Below are positions 1 to 11,947 of a DNA stretch of 64,000 bases, in pieces (the stretch's first letter is position 1; every line of letters starts with the position of its first letter). Under the pieces are notes generated by a model. It ran no database searches and had not been told where the DNA came from. It saw nothing but the letters and a program-made list of their open reading frames with translations. Position numbers and translations under genes: made by a program. This DNA is from Octopus sinensis (Eukaryota), in contig NC_043012.1 of the NCBI RefSeq assembly GCF_006345805.1, positions 24,180,001 through 24,244,000 on the forward strand. The letters are read 5' to 3'.

Positions 1-1
1 T

Positions 2-32
<31 letters not shown>

Positions 33-35
33 CGA

Positions 36-85
<50 letters not shown>

Positions 86-103
86 ATATATATACATTTA
101 TGT

Positions 104-136
<33 letters not shown>

Positions 137-140
137 CGGC
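1..140. repeat. (TA)n/(CA)n microsatellite
   Basis: Direct dinucleotide runs. Confidence 0.95.
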
Positions 141-1304
141 ATAAATGTAAGTATGAATATATGTAGAGGGAGGTGGGGAGCACAAAAGATAAATGTGAGT
201 GTGTGTGTGTGTGTGTGTGCGTGTGTGCGCGTGTGTATCTTACAAGGACAGGAACAAAGAATGAAATATTTTCTGAAACAAAATAGACCAGTTCTTGCTT
301 TTCTTTCTTTCCTTTTTTTTTTTTACCTTTTTTGGAAAAAAAGTGGTACTTTATTATTCTTAATAATTATTATTAATATTATTATTATTACTATTATCAT
401 CATCATCACCATTATTACTTGTCAAATGAAAAAAAAAATATTTTTGATGGGTAAGAAAACTTGGAAAAAAATTTAATTATATCTTAGGAAACAAACTCAC
501 TCGCATAAGTACATATATACAATTATACATACATTAGATTTATATATCTATATCTATATATCTATATATATATATATATCTATATCTATATCTATATCTA
601 TATATCTATATATATATATATATATCTATATCTATATACTTGTGTGTGTGTGTGTCCCCAACAAATGGTCAGACTAGAAAGGCTTATTTCATATTGTGTT
701 TCAGTGTTTACAGAAAAAAATGACAGAAGGAGGGTGTGTCAGGTAATAAGGGGGGGAGGGGCACTGGATAAAAAAGCAGGGACAAAGGACAGAAGGAATG
801 TGGGGTAGGGAACAGGGTGTGTTATGGAATGGTTGGGGGAGGAAGGATGGGTAGGGAAAGATAAAGAATGAGGAAGTAAAAGAATTGAAAGTGGAGAATG
901 AATTAAAGAAGAAGAAAAATAAGAAGGGTGAGACTGAGAGGAAAACAAATGGAAGAAGGAAAAAATCTGTGGAAATAAAAAAAAAACAGGAGATTAAGGG
1001 TGCAGAAATGAAATGAAAGAATTACACAGGTTGTAAAGTGAAAGTGAAAGTAAAGAAATAAGAATATAGAAATGAAATGAAGGAAAGATGTAAAATTATG
1101 ATGGAAGAAGTGAGAGAATGAAATGGGAAAATAAAGTTGAAGGAGTGGAGATAAAATGGAAGAGAATGAAATTGGAAGAGAATGAAACTGGAAGTGAAAT
1201 GAAAGAAATTGAGGTTTTCGTAGAAGCTTAATGCAATGCAAAAGAAAAAAGGAAAAAAAAAGAGAGAGAGAGAGATCTGATTGTGTGATATGAAACATAT
1301 TTCT

Positions 1305-1430
1305 CAAGCACATGGTTCTGGGTTCAGTCCCACTGCATGGCACTGTGGGTAAGTGTCTTCTAAGATGGGCTGATCAAAGCCTTGAGTGGATATGGTAAGT
1401 GAAAACTGAAAGAAGCCCATCATGTGTCTG
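1305..1430 (+). mobile_element. SINE group A, 5' part (degenerate)
   Basis: ggttctgggttcagtcccactgcatggcac...aactgaaagaagccc matches the other group A copies. Confidence 0.75.
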
Positions 1431-1492
1431 TACACACACACACATATATATATGTGTATATATATGTGTGTGCGTGTGTGTGTGTATATATA

Positions 1493-1543
<51 letters not shown>

Positions 1544-1598
1544 ATATATATATGTGTGTGTGTGTGTATATATATATATATGTGTGTGTGTGTGTATG

Positions 1599-1629
<31 letters not shown>

Positions 1630-1655
1630 ATGTGTATATATATATATATATATAT
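1428..1655. repeat. compound (TG)n(TA)n microsatellite
   Basis: Alternating TG/TA blocks. Confidence 0.95.
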
Positions 1656-1669
1656 AAGCCATGTTGGAC

Positions 1670-1850
1670 TGCCAAATTCTACACATTCTTTTTTTATTCT
1701 CTCTTTGTTTATTTCCTCATGTTCCTTTCTGTAGAAAAATGTAGGCTCAAAACATGGAAGACTTATCCATTTTTCCTGAGTGTCAAACTGATACACTTGC
1801 TTATTGTTCCTACACCTCTCTTCATCTCGTTTTTCTATAAATTTGAACTA
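1670..1850 (+). mobile_element. microsatellite-flanked short repeat with decayed hammerhead-like motif (Penelope-like terminal sequence)
   Basis: ccttt-CTGTAGA-a-aaat-gtag-gctc-AAAAC is homologous to the motif at 8.42 kb; shares downstream ttcctgagtgtc...atac; its 3' end recurs at 2745-2785. Confidence 0.5.
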
Positions 1851-1940
1851 TACACACACACACACACACATGACCAAGTGTGTACCGTTGGCGATTTTTT
1901 TCCTTCTGTCTTCCCTTCTCTGGATCTTTCCTTCTCCTAT

Positions 1941-1975
1941 GTTTCCGATGAAGAGCTCCGCTCGAAACGTTAAAC
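1941..1975 (+). ncRNA. minimal type I hammerhead ribozyme-like motif (CCGAUGA core variant)
   Basis: GTTT|CCGATGA|A|GAGC-TCC-GCTC|GAAA|CG|TT|AAAC: stem I 4 bp, stem II 4 bp, palindromic ACGU stem III, predicted cut after U1971; lies in a ~190-nt element (1870-2060). Confidence 0.6.
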
Positions 1976-2057
1976 CCTCCTTCTTCCCTTCCTTCCTGAG
2001 CGTCCAATAATACTGTATTTGTTCCAACGTCCTCGCGTTGTGTTTTCATGTTTGGAT

Positions 2058-2060
<3 letters not shown>

Positions 2061-2093
<33 letters not shown>

Positions 2094-2191
2094 TATATAT
2101 ATATTGTATATATAACTATATATATATATATGTATATACACACATACATATATATATATTATATATATATATATATATACACACATACATA

Positions 2192-2263
<72 letters not shown>

Positions 2264-2300
2264 ATACACACATACATATATATATTATATATATGTATAT

Positions 2301-2333
<33 letters not shown>

Positions 2334-2340
2334 CACACAT
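2061..2340. repeat. compound (TA)n/(CA)n microsatellite
   Basis: Direct. Confidence 0.95.
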
Positions 2341-2785
2341 ATGCATACAAGTATATGTGCATTTGCCTTGACATCATGTGATGGCTGTAAATGAAATGTA
2401 CTGTGAAATATGTGGAGTCCTTCATTTCCAATCTTCCATGAAAACATGCTTGGTCATGGAGAAATAATATCTTGCCTGAAAACAGATGAGGGTTTGCAAC
2501 AAGGGCATCAGGCTATAGACAATCCGGATCATGTCAGGAAGCTTTGGTCAACCTAAGGTCATATGAGAAGGTACTTTCCCAAGTTGCTAAGTTTTTTATT
2601 CACACAGCCATGTCAATTTCATATAAAATGTTACAGGCCAACACCAACACAAGATATATGAGCAGAGAGGAGATTCCAGGGGGATGAATTTCTGGGGAAG
2701 AAAGATTAGGCACATTGATAACTGTATGATATGCACATATCATAGTCTCTCTTTTGTTTTTCTATAAACTTGAACTACATATATA

Positions 2786-3079
2786 TATCACGTGATCACG
2801 TGACCGACCAGACCATCAGATGTTGCTACACATCGCTGGTCACAATGCGTTCACATTGTTTTAACCTTCGAATGACGCCACCCCACTGGCTAAGCGAGCA
2901 GGCCAACAGAAGAAAGAGTGGGAGAAAGAGTGGTGAAAGAGTACAGCAGGGATCACCACCCCCTGCAAGAGCCTCGTGGAGCTTTTAGGCATTTTCGCTC
3001 AATAAACACTCACAACACCCGGCCCGAAATTTGAAACCGCGATTCCGCTGCCCTAACCACTGGTCCATTGCGCCTCCAC
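2786..3079 (-). mobile_element. tRNA-derived SINE group B
   Basis: Minus-strand head gtggaggcgcaatggaccagtggttagggcagcgg...ggtttcaaatttcggg with A/B-box-like motifs; CpG-rich body. Confidence 0.8.
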
Positions 3080-3438
3080 AATTGTCCAGACTACAATTGT
3101 CTGTTGTGGCATGCTTTCTATAGCTGGATGCCCTTCCTAATGCCAACCACTCCACAGCGTGTGCTGAGTACTTTTTATGTGCCACCGACATGAGTGTGCC
3201 TATGCAGCACTGGCACAAGTGCAATTTATGTGCATATCACACACTAAAAACCAATCCACTAACCAATAATCTGAATGCTAAAAAGTGGTTAAGGCACTAA
3301 AGCTTTTTCTGTTCCTGAGTTTGCAATGTTAAAACTGGGGCATATCTAATATGCCCATACATCAAGACCTTAAGATGCACGTTTCCCCCCACCCCCACAA
3401 AATATGTCTAAAAAAAAAGTCAACATTACATGCTTTAA

Positions 3439-4012
3439 CTCGTTAGCATTCAGATTAATCAGGCAAATGCAATACTCTTTTACTCTTTTACTTGTTTCAG
3501 TCATTTGACTGCGGCCATGCTGGAGCACCGCCTTTAATCGAGCAACTCGACCCCGGGACTTATTCTTTTGTAAGCCCAGTACTTATTCTATCGGTCACTT
3601 TTGCCGAACCGCTAAGTAACGGGGGACATAAACACACCAGCATCGGTTGTCAAGCAATGCTAGGGGGACAAACACAGACACATACATATATACGACGGTC
3701 TTCTTTCAGTTTCCGTCTACCAAATCCATTCACAAGACTTTGGTCGGCCCGGGGCTATAGCAGAAGACACTTGCCCAAGATGCCACGCAGTGTGACTGAA
3801 CCCGGAACCATGTGGTTGGTAAGCAAGCTACTTACCACACAGCCACTCCTGTGCATGCATTCACACAGTTTTGAATTAATCCATGCATTATCTTGTAGCT
3901 TTGGTGTGATTGTTAATTTTTAGAATTATACTATTGGGAAGGCATGGGAAGCTGGATCTGGCCTGTTTCAACATAGGACAAGGTAGAATATTTAGAGTTA
4001 AATGATAAAGGG
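3439..4012. mobile_element. piggyBac-like MITE (TTAA-flanked) interrupted by a group A SINE
   Basis: ttaa-ctcgttagcatt ... aatgataaaggg-ttaa; internal similarity to 11726-11947. Confidence 0.65.
3473..3853 (-). mobile_element. SINE group A, full length
   Basis: tRNA-like head (caggagtggctgtgtggtaag...gggttcagtc), internal microsatellite, (TAAAAGAG)n tail. Confidence 0.9.
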
Positions 4013-6481
4013 TTAATGTACAAAAAGACTTTCAGGAGTATGTGCTGCAGAAACTGAGGTTCCTCTAATATGCTTGTTTGTCTTCTATGCCATCAAATAT
4101 GGTACTTAAGGCCATGTGACTATTATTAAAGAGCAACAATAGTTTGTCTCTCTCAATTCATTTCAAACCATTGTGTTGTGTTCTTCATGCAAAACACATT
4201 ACTATAAACTCCACAGTCTGCCAAGCTGGGGAAGAAAATAAAAAAAAGGTGCCACTCCCATTTTCATGGTTGAGTGCTTAGTGTTGGGTGGGAAGAATAA
4301 TCAGGCAGTCATCCAACAGTTTAGAAAAAAAACAAAAAATACATGTTCCAGTAAGTCAGATACAAATTCTTAAAAACAACAACAACAACAAAATACTAGT
4401 ATAAAAATAAAAAGTAAAGAAAGAAAGAAAGAAAAATGAAGTTGAGAGATAAAAACCAGTAAACCAAAACTCTGACTTTGAAGTATTAAAACTTTATTTC
4501 GGAGAAAGGGATATGGAGAAAACAGCGGAAATTCTAGAACGGTAAGTGTGCAGGCTTATGAAAAAAGATTCCACATGCGGGTACAGGAAGGAGAATGTTG
4601 GGCGGTCAACCATTCCATATACAAAAGAATGATGCTAAGAAGAAGTAATAATATTATGGTGAATAATGGGGAGGTAAGAGGAATATGGAATTTGAGAATA
4701 TTTCTTAGAATTTCTGTTAATATGAGACATATTAAAGAAGGTTGGTCTAGCTCAATGAATCTTCCAAAACTATTTTTGTACATTATTATTATTATTCTGA
4801 AATCTAAAGTTTCATTGATTTCAGCAAAGAGCAGTTGGCAGTGATTCCAATGGCGAAGAAATCGGCAGGTTTCGAGACTAAGTACAACACACAGATAAGA
4901 AAGTGTGCGTGTGTGTGCACGTGCACACACATAATAAATGCACATACATTTATACACACACACATTCATACATGCACATACATATATATATACATGCATA
5001 CACATCTGCATTCAGATACGTAAACACACACACACACATATATATACAAGACAGACATTTTTATAATTCAAGATGAAAAGAATAGGGTGTGTTTTAAAAA
5101 AAAAATTCTTAAATATTAAAAAAAAAAAAAAAAAATAGCTGCTGTTTCTTCAGTTTCAGCTAGAGTCTTGTGTTTTGGGAGATTCCTATGATAAAATTCA
5201 GGATTTCACTACTATTAGCCACAGGGATAAATAAAATTCTTTAAACATTGTTTTTTGGTTAAATGAAAAAAAGCATAATTTCAGAAAGAAACAAAGAGTA
5301 AAATTGGAGAAAATATAAAATTAAAATTTGAAAATTGTAATAATCTAGAAATTGTAGTTATTTATCATAATCAACATTTAACATCCATCTTCCAAAAATA
5401 ATGGGAATAAGCAACCATGAGCACTTTGGTCACATTTTTGGAAGGAGTTCTTTTCTTCTCTGCTGGTACATTATTTAACTGGCCCTAGGATGATAAATAG
5501 CAAAATCTGCTTTGGCCGAATTTGAACCTGTTTAAGCACCATTTTTCCCATGCTGGGCAGGGCAGTTTGCTGGCATGGGTAGGGCAGTTTGACTAGATCC
5601 AGTGAATCACAGGGCTACGTCATCCTATATGTCATCTTCGGTATGGTTTCTAAGGCTGGATGGCCTTCCTAATGCCAACTACCTAGCATATTGTCTTTCC
5701 ATGGCCAAATGTCCATGAACATGTTCATACATAATTATATTCCATTCAACACTGCTTAATGTGCCTTTAATTAAATTTATTCCAGCTTGACAAAGCCTTT
5801 TGCATATCATAAAATGTACCCTGTGTTCTAATAGAAGAACAACCAGCTCTTAGTGGTCATGAACAACAGTTCAATACACATGTGTTTACTTAATGAAGCA
5901 AAACAACACGGAATCACATGTGTCCTACATGTGTCCAGTGATATCATTCATGGCCTTGTGGGGTGTTTCTACCCGTATATTGTCTATAAGGAGAATTTCT
6001 TGTGTAGTTTGTCTTTCCCTGTCCAAATGTACCTGAACAAGTTAGGTACAACTGCTCATACCTATATTTCATTCAACATGCTTAGTACACCATTAATTAA
6101 GAACTTCCTGGATTTAAATCTTGAAGAATAATGGCACAACAAAAAGAGAGAATTATGCAACATTTAGTTTCCTGTTTTTACAGTCTGAGTTCAAATCTCA
6201 GTCAGAATGTATTTTTCATTATTCTAATATTGTCAAAATAAGTACCAGTCATGAACGTGGGGATAATTCAACTAACTACACTTCTGCCTTTACAAATACA
6301 TACTTCTTTTAGTATCCATCTACCAAATACACACAGAAGGCTTTGGCTGGCCTGGAACTAGAGAAAAAGAGACTCTTGCCCAAGGTGACATACAGTGGGA
6401 CTGAACCCAAGACTGCATGGTTGAGAAGCACAGCCAGAACTGCACCTATGTTAATTGGAGAAAAACATTTAAAAGAATTAC

Positions 6482-6614
6482 TGATTATTTATCTTTGAAA
6501 CAAGGAAAATCTGCTGCCCGTTAATAAGGAGACTGTCTATGTCAGGCACACACAGATAAGCTGTGGTACTCCACTGGCAGTCTGCTGTGCCATTTTCTAA
6601 GGAATGCAGGAATA
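6482..6614 (-). CDS. candidate internal exon (FLHSLENGTADCQWSTTAYLCVPDIDSLLINGQQIFLVSKINN)
   Basis: Acceptor ttttttttaccaaagtttcag, donor gtaatt, 43 open codons; no recognised homolog. Confidence 0.25.
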
Positions 6615-7284
6615 CTGAAACTTTGGTAAAAAAAAGTTTTTACATTACCAGGCATGACTAAATGGTTAAAGAGTTGAGTTCTTAACCATGTACTTTGGGG
6701 TTCAGTCCCTCAGTACAACAACACCTTGGGTAAGTGCCATAAATCAACCAATATCCTAGGAGAGAATTTGGTAAAATGAAGAACAATAGATAAAGAGTTA
6801 AATGAGTCAGAAACAGGCAACAAAGATGTGGTGACTTTTGTGTTTATTTGAAACACAAGAGGAAGAAGAAGATTGAATCTGTTGACAACTTGCTGATAGA
6901 CTGATACAATTTTAATTATTAACTTTATTGAAATGGTGGATCTTGAAGCAGATAAAGCTATAAATAATAGCAGGCAAATACTGGGTTAAAAAAACCCTTG
7001 GATAGAAGTTGATGACTGCCAATGGACTTCAAACTCCAGTAAATATGACAGGCATTCTTTGCCTGTGTTTCAATATATGAAACTATTGTCCAAAACATTT
7101 ATCTTCTAAATTAAGCCAGTCACCATTGTATTTAATTTAAAAAAAAAATTTTTTTTTTAATGATGTATTCCAAACAGCTTAATAGAAAAATTAATTATTT
7201 TATTAAATCTTTCCAAATTTCTTATTATTATCTCCAAAATTAATTGCAAAAGAGGCAGTATTTCATTAGAAACATGCATATCTG

Positions 7285-7460
7285 TGCAGACGTGGCTGTG
7301 TAGTTAAACAAGTTTGCTAGCCAACCATGTGGTTTCAGGTTCAGTTCCTGGGGAAAGTGTGTTTTGCTATAAGGTTTGGACCAGCTAAAGCTTTGTGCGT
7401 GGATTTGATAGAGAGAAATTGAAAGAACCCTGTCGTGTATGTGTGTGTGTGTGTGTGTAT
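7285..7460 (+). mobile_element. SINE group A, degenerate 5' part
   Basis: gtggctgtgtagttaa...ccaaccatgtggtttcaggttcagttcc. Confidence 0.7.
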
Positions 7461-7852
7461 ACACGTATTTGCAACTACATAATTATTCATTAATTAGTGA
7501 TTCTGCTGATGATCTACAGATTCCAAATTAGTTTATTTGGCATTTAATAGCAAAACTTGAGTTCGGGATTAACTAATTCATTTTTTTGTTCGTCCTAGTG
7601 TTATAATTGGCATGCCTCATGAATTCTCTTTTTCGTAGTCCAGGTTTTAACTGGCCATTTTAGCATGTAAGGAGTGCTGTCAATGATCTCCTCTTTGTGC
7701 ATAAAAATATTTTATACACTCTTACATTTTTAAAAATATGTTTTCTTAAGGCTTTTATTTATGCATGCTAACCACTGGTAATAAATTATGTTAATTTAAT
7801 TTGTAAATATGAGGGTAATAAATTAACATAATTTATTACCCCCATATTTACA

Positions 7853-7886
<34 letters not shown>

Positions 7887-7921
7887 CTTTGTGTTTCACT
7901 GACTAAATTATAGCCACTCAC

Positions 7922-8039
7922 TGACGGTGATTCAAAATAATGAATCTGTCCAGTTCCACTGATTAGTAAAGAGATGGGTTGCTTGCTCAATGTCCAAATC
8001 TCAATTTTTAATTTGTCATTTTGTTTTAAAGTAGTAAAT
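7922..8039 (-). CDS. candidate coding exon 2 (FTTLKQNDKLKIEIWTLSKQPISLLISGTGQIHYFESPS)
   Basis: Acceptor cttacttgttacacag, donor GTGAGT, open frame; phase fits candidate exon 9394-9404. Confidence 0.4.
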
Positions 8040-8349
8040 CTGTGTAACAAGTAAGACCAATGATTCTATACTAATCCTACCATCACTAATTGAACCAAAT
8101 GGTATATTTATCCATTCTTTGCAGGAATTTTTCATCTGCTACCATTTTTCCCATAATAAGGAAATATTTCCCCATGATCAGGTGTGTTTTCTTCATGCTA
8201 CCATTTTCCCCAATTCATAGCTCTTTTATGGACTGTTACCTGAGGATGTGGCAAAGTTCTGTAAAATGTCTTATTGTATAATCTTATATAAACATGCATA
8301 TTACTGCATGCCAAATTACACACACACACCACACACACACACACATATA

Positions 8350-8555
8350 TATATATATGGCATGTTGGATCGTTAGCTCCTACATGCATTTTTCTCTCCT
8401 TGTTTTTTTCTGTGTATCTTTCTGTCGAAGAGTGTAGGCCCGAGACTTTTTCTATTTCTATTCCTGAGTGCCATACTAATACATTTGTTTGTTTGTACTC
8501 CACCTGCCTTCGTCTTTTGTTTATTTTCGTAAACTTTCCCGTTATATATATATAT
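8350..8555 (+). mobile_element. microsatellite-flanked short repeat with decayed hammerhead-like motif (CUGUCGA variant)
   Basis: tcttt-CTGTCGA-A-GAGT-GTAG-GCCC-GAGAC; downstream ttcctgagtgcc...atac motif shared with the 1.7 and 1.9 kb elements. Confidence 0.5.
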
Positions 8556-8580
8556 ATATATAATATATATATATATATAC

Positions 8581-8728
8581 ATATACTTTATTTAAGAGCA
8601 GCAGAAATTCAACAAAAGCTGTTACTCAGACGGGAATTTCTGCTGCTTTTAAATAAAGCATATTACTCTACCTCTGGTATTTGAGTACTCTTTTTTCCAC
8701 TTTGTTTCACATTTATGTGCTTACTCCA

Positions 8729-8730
<2 letters not shown>
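8581..8730 (+). mobile_element. short repeat containing a long hairpin; homologous to the minus strand of 56770-56945
   Basis: Shared ttactctacctctggtatt...cacatttatgtgcttactc; TA-flanked. Confidence 0.7.
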
Positions 8731-8784
<54 letters not shown>

Positions 8785-9393
8785 GCATATATATATATAT
8801 ATATATACATATATATACATGCATATATACATGTGTGTGCGTGTGTTTTGTACCTCCTTGCCTAGACATTTAACACTATGTTAAATGAATGATAAAACAT
8901 ACGGAGAAAATAGATTTTGTTTTGAGATCCAAACTTTTCCTGAGCATAATGGATGGTTTGCTGGGACACACTTTGTGGTTCAAGCAGAATCTTTGAATGA
9001 TCACCAACCCATATTATCAGAGGTCAATTGGTGGTAAGTGTAACACAGCTGTGAGTTGGTATGCTTTGATAAACAGATTAGTTAGATAATCAAGGATAGA
9101 CATACCTATACCGTGGTACCAATATTGGCATTAGATTTTCAGTGGCATAGTAATAGCTTACAGAACAATAATCACCATAAAGCTGATTTGCCCTACATAC
9201 TCCACATAAAGGATTCTTGTGTGCGAGTGAAGGGGAGGGGCTGATTTCAGTGATTCCTATACAAACTAAAAGAGTTTAGTAGAGGTTCACCATTATACTA
9301 CTTTTTAGAGATTACAAGATAATTCAAAAGATAAAAGAGATTGTGGAAAGATAATTCAAAAGGTAACTCAATTTCAACGTAACTTGAACTCAC

Positions 9394-9404
9394 GAGTTTA
9401 CCAT
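9394..9404 (-). CDS. candidate first coding exon segment (ATG GTA AAC TC|GTGAGT)
   Basis: ATG at 9404, canonical donor at 9393, phase 2 joins exon 7922-8039. Confidence 0.3.
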
Positions 9405-9476
9405 ACGGAACTAATGAACACAACAAATTAAATGCAGCTCTTTAAACCACAACAACTCGACAATCTCTCTAATTCC

Positions 9477-9490
9477 GTTACCATAACAAC
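9477..9490. promoter_or_regulatory. X-box (RFX site)-like motif GTTACCATAACAAC
   Basis: Fits GTHNYY-AT-RRNAAC; ~75 nt upstream of the candidate minus-strand ATG. Confidence 0.45.
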
Positions 9491-9880
9491 TAATGATGTC
9501 TCAAGATTATGATAAAAATCTTTATTAATTATCAGGAAAATAACATTGGGGAAGAAAAAAATAAAAACATACAGATTTTATATTTAAAAAAAAAAATTAA
9601 AAGATAAAATTTTAATAAAGAAAGAAAATTATTATTGACAAAAATTTATATATATATATAAAAAAAAGCATTTTATAGGTAAAATAAAGATTACTAAGAT
9701 AAAATTAATTAGTAAACGTAATTAGCACTGAGATGTTAAAATCCTAATAAAATTTTTACTTAAAATATTAGAAAACAACTTTTAAAAAGGTTATTTTCAT
9801 TTTAACACCTATTTAAAAAAAGAAAAAAGAAAAATGGTCTATAAGTACTTTTTTTATACTATACATATATATATAGACAT

Positions 9881-9918
<38 letters not shown>

Positions 9919-10034
9919 CACACACTAACACACACATAAATACATGTGTAAAACGTGTGTGTGTAAAACATTATATATAGTCACATACATAGATATATGT
10001 GTGTGTATGTATAAATACATGTATTTATAATTTC

Positions 10035-10325
10035 AAGTGCAAGCATTGTTGTGTGGTAAGAAGTTCACTTCCCAATCACATGGTTCTGGGTTCAGTCCCA
10101 CTGCATAGTACTTTGAGCAAGTGTCTTCTACTACAGCCCTGGAACAACCAAGGCATTGTGGATTGATTCATAGAAGGAAACTGTTTGTATATGTTTGCAA
10201 GGGTGTCCTTTTCTTGATATCAGGCATTAGTTGCAAACTAGTAATGCTATCATACAAGCAGTGTCTCTTACCAATCTTCCATGAAAACATGTCTGGTCAT
10301 GGGGTAAGTATTGCGTTACTTGAAA
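10035..10325 (+). mobile_element. SINE group A head joined to an RTE-type 3' module
   Basis: Group A head, then ccaatcttccatgaaaacatgtctggtcatgggg; the same module occurs at 2340-2525, 10700-10960 and 32600-32790. Confidence 0.6.
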
Positions 10326-11269
10326 TCAGAAACTTTTAAAGCTTTTCTTTAAGAAATTAATATTTAATTCTACATCAAGTATAGAGTTCTCTATCAGATG
10401 TCCTCACCTACAACCCATGGCCAACCATGCTCTTTTCTCATTACTTATCATCCCCCAAAATCATCACAATTTCACACCTTTAATGTTAATATTGTTGATT
10501 CTCGGTGGCATCATCAGTAAAAAGCTGCTGGGAATAATGAGCAAACGTGGGAGCAGGCAGGGGTGGGGGACAATGATGAAAACAAACACAATACCAATAG
10601 CAGGTACAAGTATAAATATAAATATACAAAATAAAATATAGAAACAAAATAAAGGCCACAAGGATCTGAGAAAGGGACAGGACAAAATGTGGGTGGGTGG
10701 GGGTTGGTGGTGTTGCCGTGTCCTTGTCTTGATATTAGTTGTAAATAAACATCACATTCATACACATGGTGTCCTTCATTTCCAAAGTTTCATGAAGAAA
10801 ACACACCTGATCACGGGGAAATATTACCTTAATTGGGAACAGATGTGGGCTGGTGAGACAGGAAGGTCATCTATGGTCAAATAAAAATATGCATCGATAA
10901 ATTCCTTCTAACCCATGGAAGCATGGAAAAGTAGGCATGAAAGCAATGACAAGGATATATAAGAAGAATAAAGAATGTGACTCTCAGACTGTGTTTACTT
11001 CAGTGGTATATCAGTTCTAGAGTATTCTTGATTCCTCAGATTGTCTTCCCCGTTCCTCATTTGGAACTGATTACCATTGCTACAAGGCAATTGTTCTCTC
11101 TTCTCTCAAAGGGAAGGACATTCCAATCACTCAAAAATGTATCTTGTATGGTATTTGATATACCTTTATTCATCTCGACAGATTTGTGTATGAAACTTCA
11201 GTCGTTTTTCTCTTCTCTTAATCTTTTACTCATTTCAATCATCAGACTGTGGCCAAGCTGGGGCACTAT

Positions 11270-11570
11270 CTTGAAGAAGTTTAGGTAACAAATCAACCCC
11301 AGTTCTTTTCTCTTTTAAACCTGATACTTATTGTATCAGCCTTTTTTGCTGAACTGTTAAGTTATGGGGAGATAAACACACCAACACCAGCGGAGGACAA
11401 ACAAAGACACACACACAACAGACTTCTTTCAATTCCCATCAATCAAATCCATTCCTAAAGATTCGTTCAGTCCAAGGTTATAGTAGAAGACACCTTGCCC
11501 AGGGTATGGAGTGAGATTGAACCTGGAGTCATGAAGGTGGGAAGAACATTTCTTACCACACAGCCATATC
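11270..11570 (-). mobile_element. SINE group A, degenerate
   Basis: Similarity to 3473-3853. Confidence 0.7.
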
Positions 11571-11725
11571 TGCATCATGAATGCATTTTATGATACTAAA
11601 CTTAATATTTAACTTTACAATATGTAATGAGGTTCTTTCCTTTTTTATTTGATCGTGTTTAATATGCCTTCGTGTTATCTACACATGTTAAACACATCTA
11701 TACATTATAAAACACATATTTTTAA

Positions 11726-11947
11726 CCCTTTAGTGTTTGCTTTATTCTGCCAAAATTAATGCTTTTTTTATCCACATTGTTTTGAACTAATCAAGCATTA
11801 TCTTGTAACTATGAGATTTTGATGAGGAAGCTGTTCGTTTTTAAAACGATATTGTAGGGTTAGAGTGAGAGACCAGATCTGGCCAGTTTGACCATAAAAC
11901 AGGCAGAATGCTTTTGGCCGGATATGGCCGGTTTAAATGCTAAAGGG
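11726..11947. mobile_element. piggyBac-like MITE
   Basis: TTAA|CCCTTTAGTGTTT ... AAATGCTAAAGGG|TTAA: terminal inverted repeats with TTAA on both sides. Confidence 0.85.

Noticed and set aside
4556-4880. Minus-strand open frame LETCRFLRHWNHCQLLF...RMWNLFS
   Set aside because: No recognisable domain and low-complexity AT-rich codons; could be an old LINE remnant or chance.
5690-6120. Exon-like segments with good splice signals on the minus strand
   Set aside because: The phase-compatible frames hit stop codons; no consistent model.
7922-8039. Naming the candidate gene (faint resemblance to beta-propeller proteins such as WDPCP or FANCB)
   Set aside because: Only a few residues match from memory and no further diagnostic exons were found, so no symbol is assigned.
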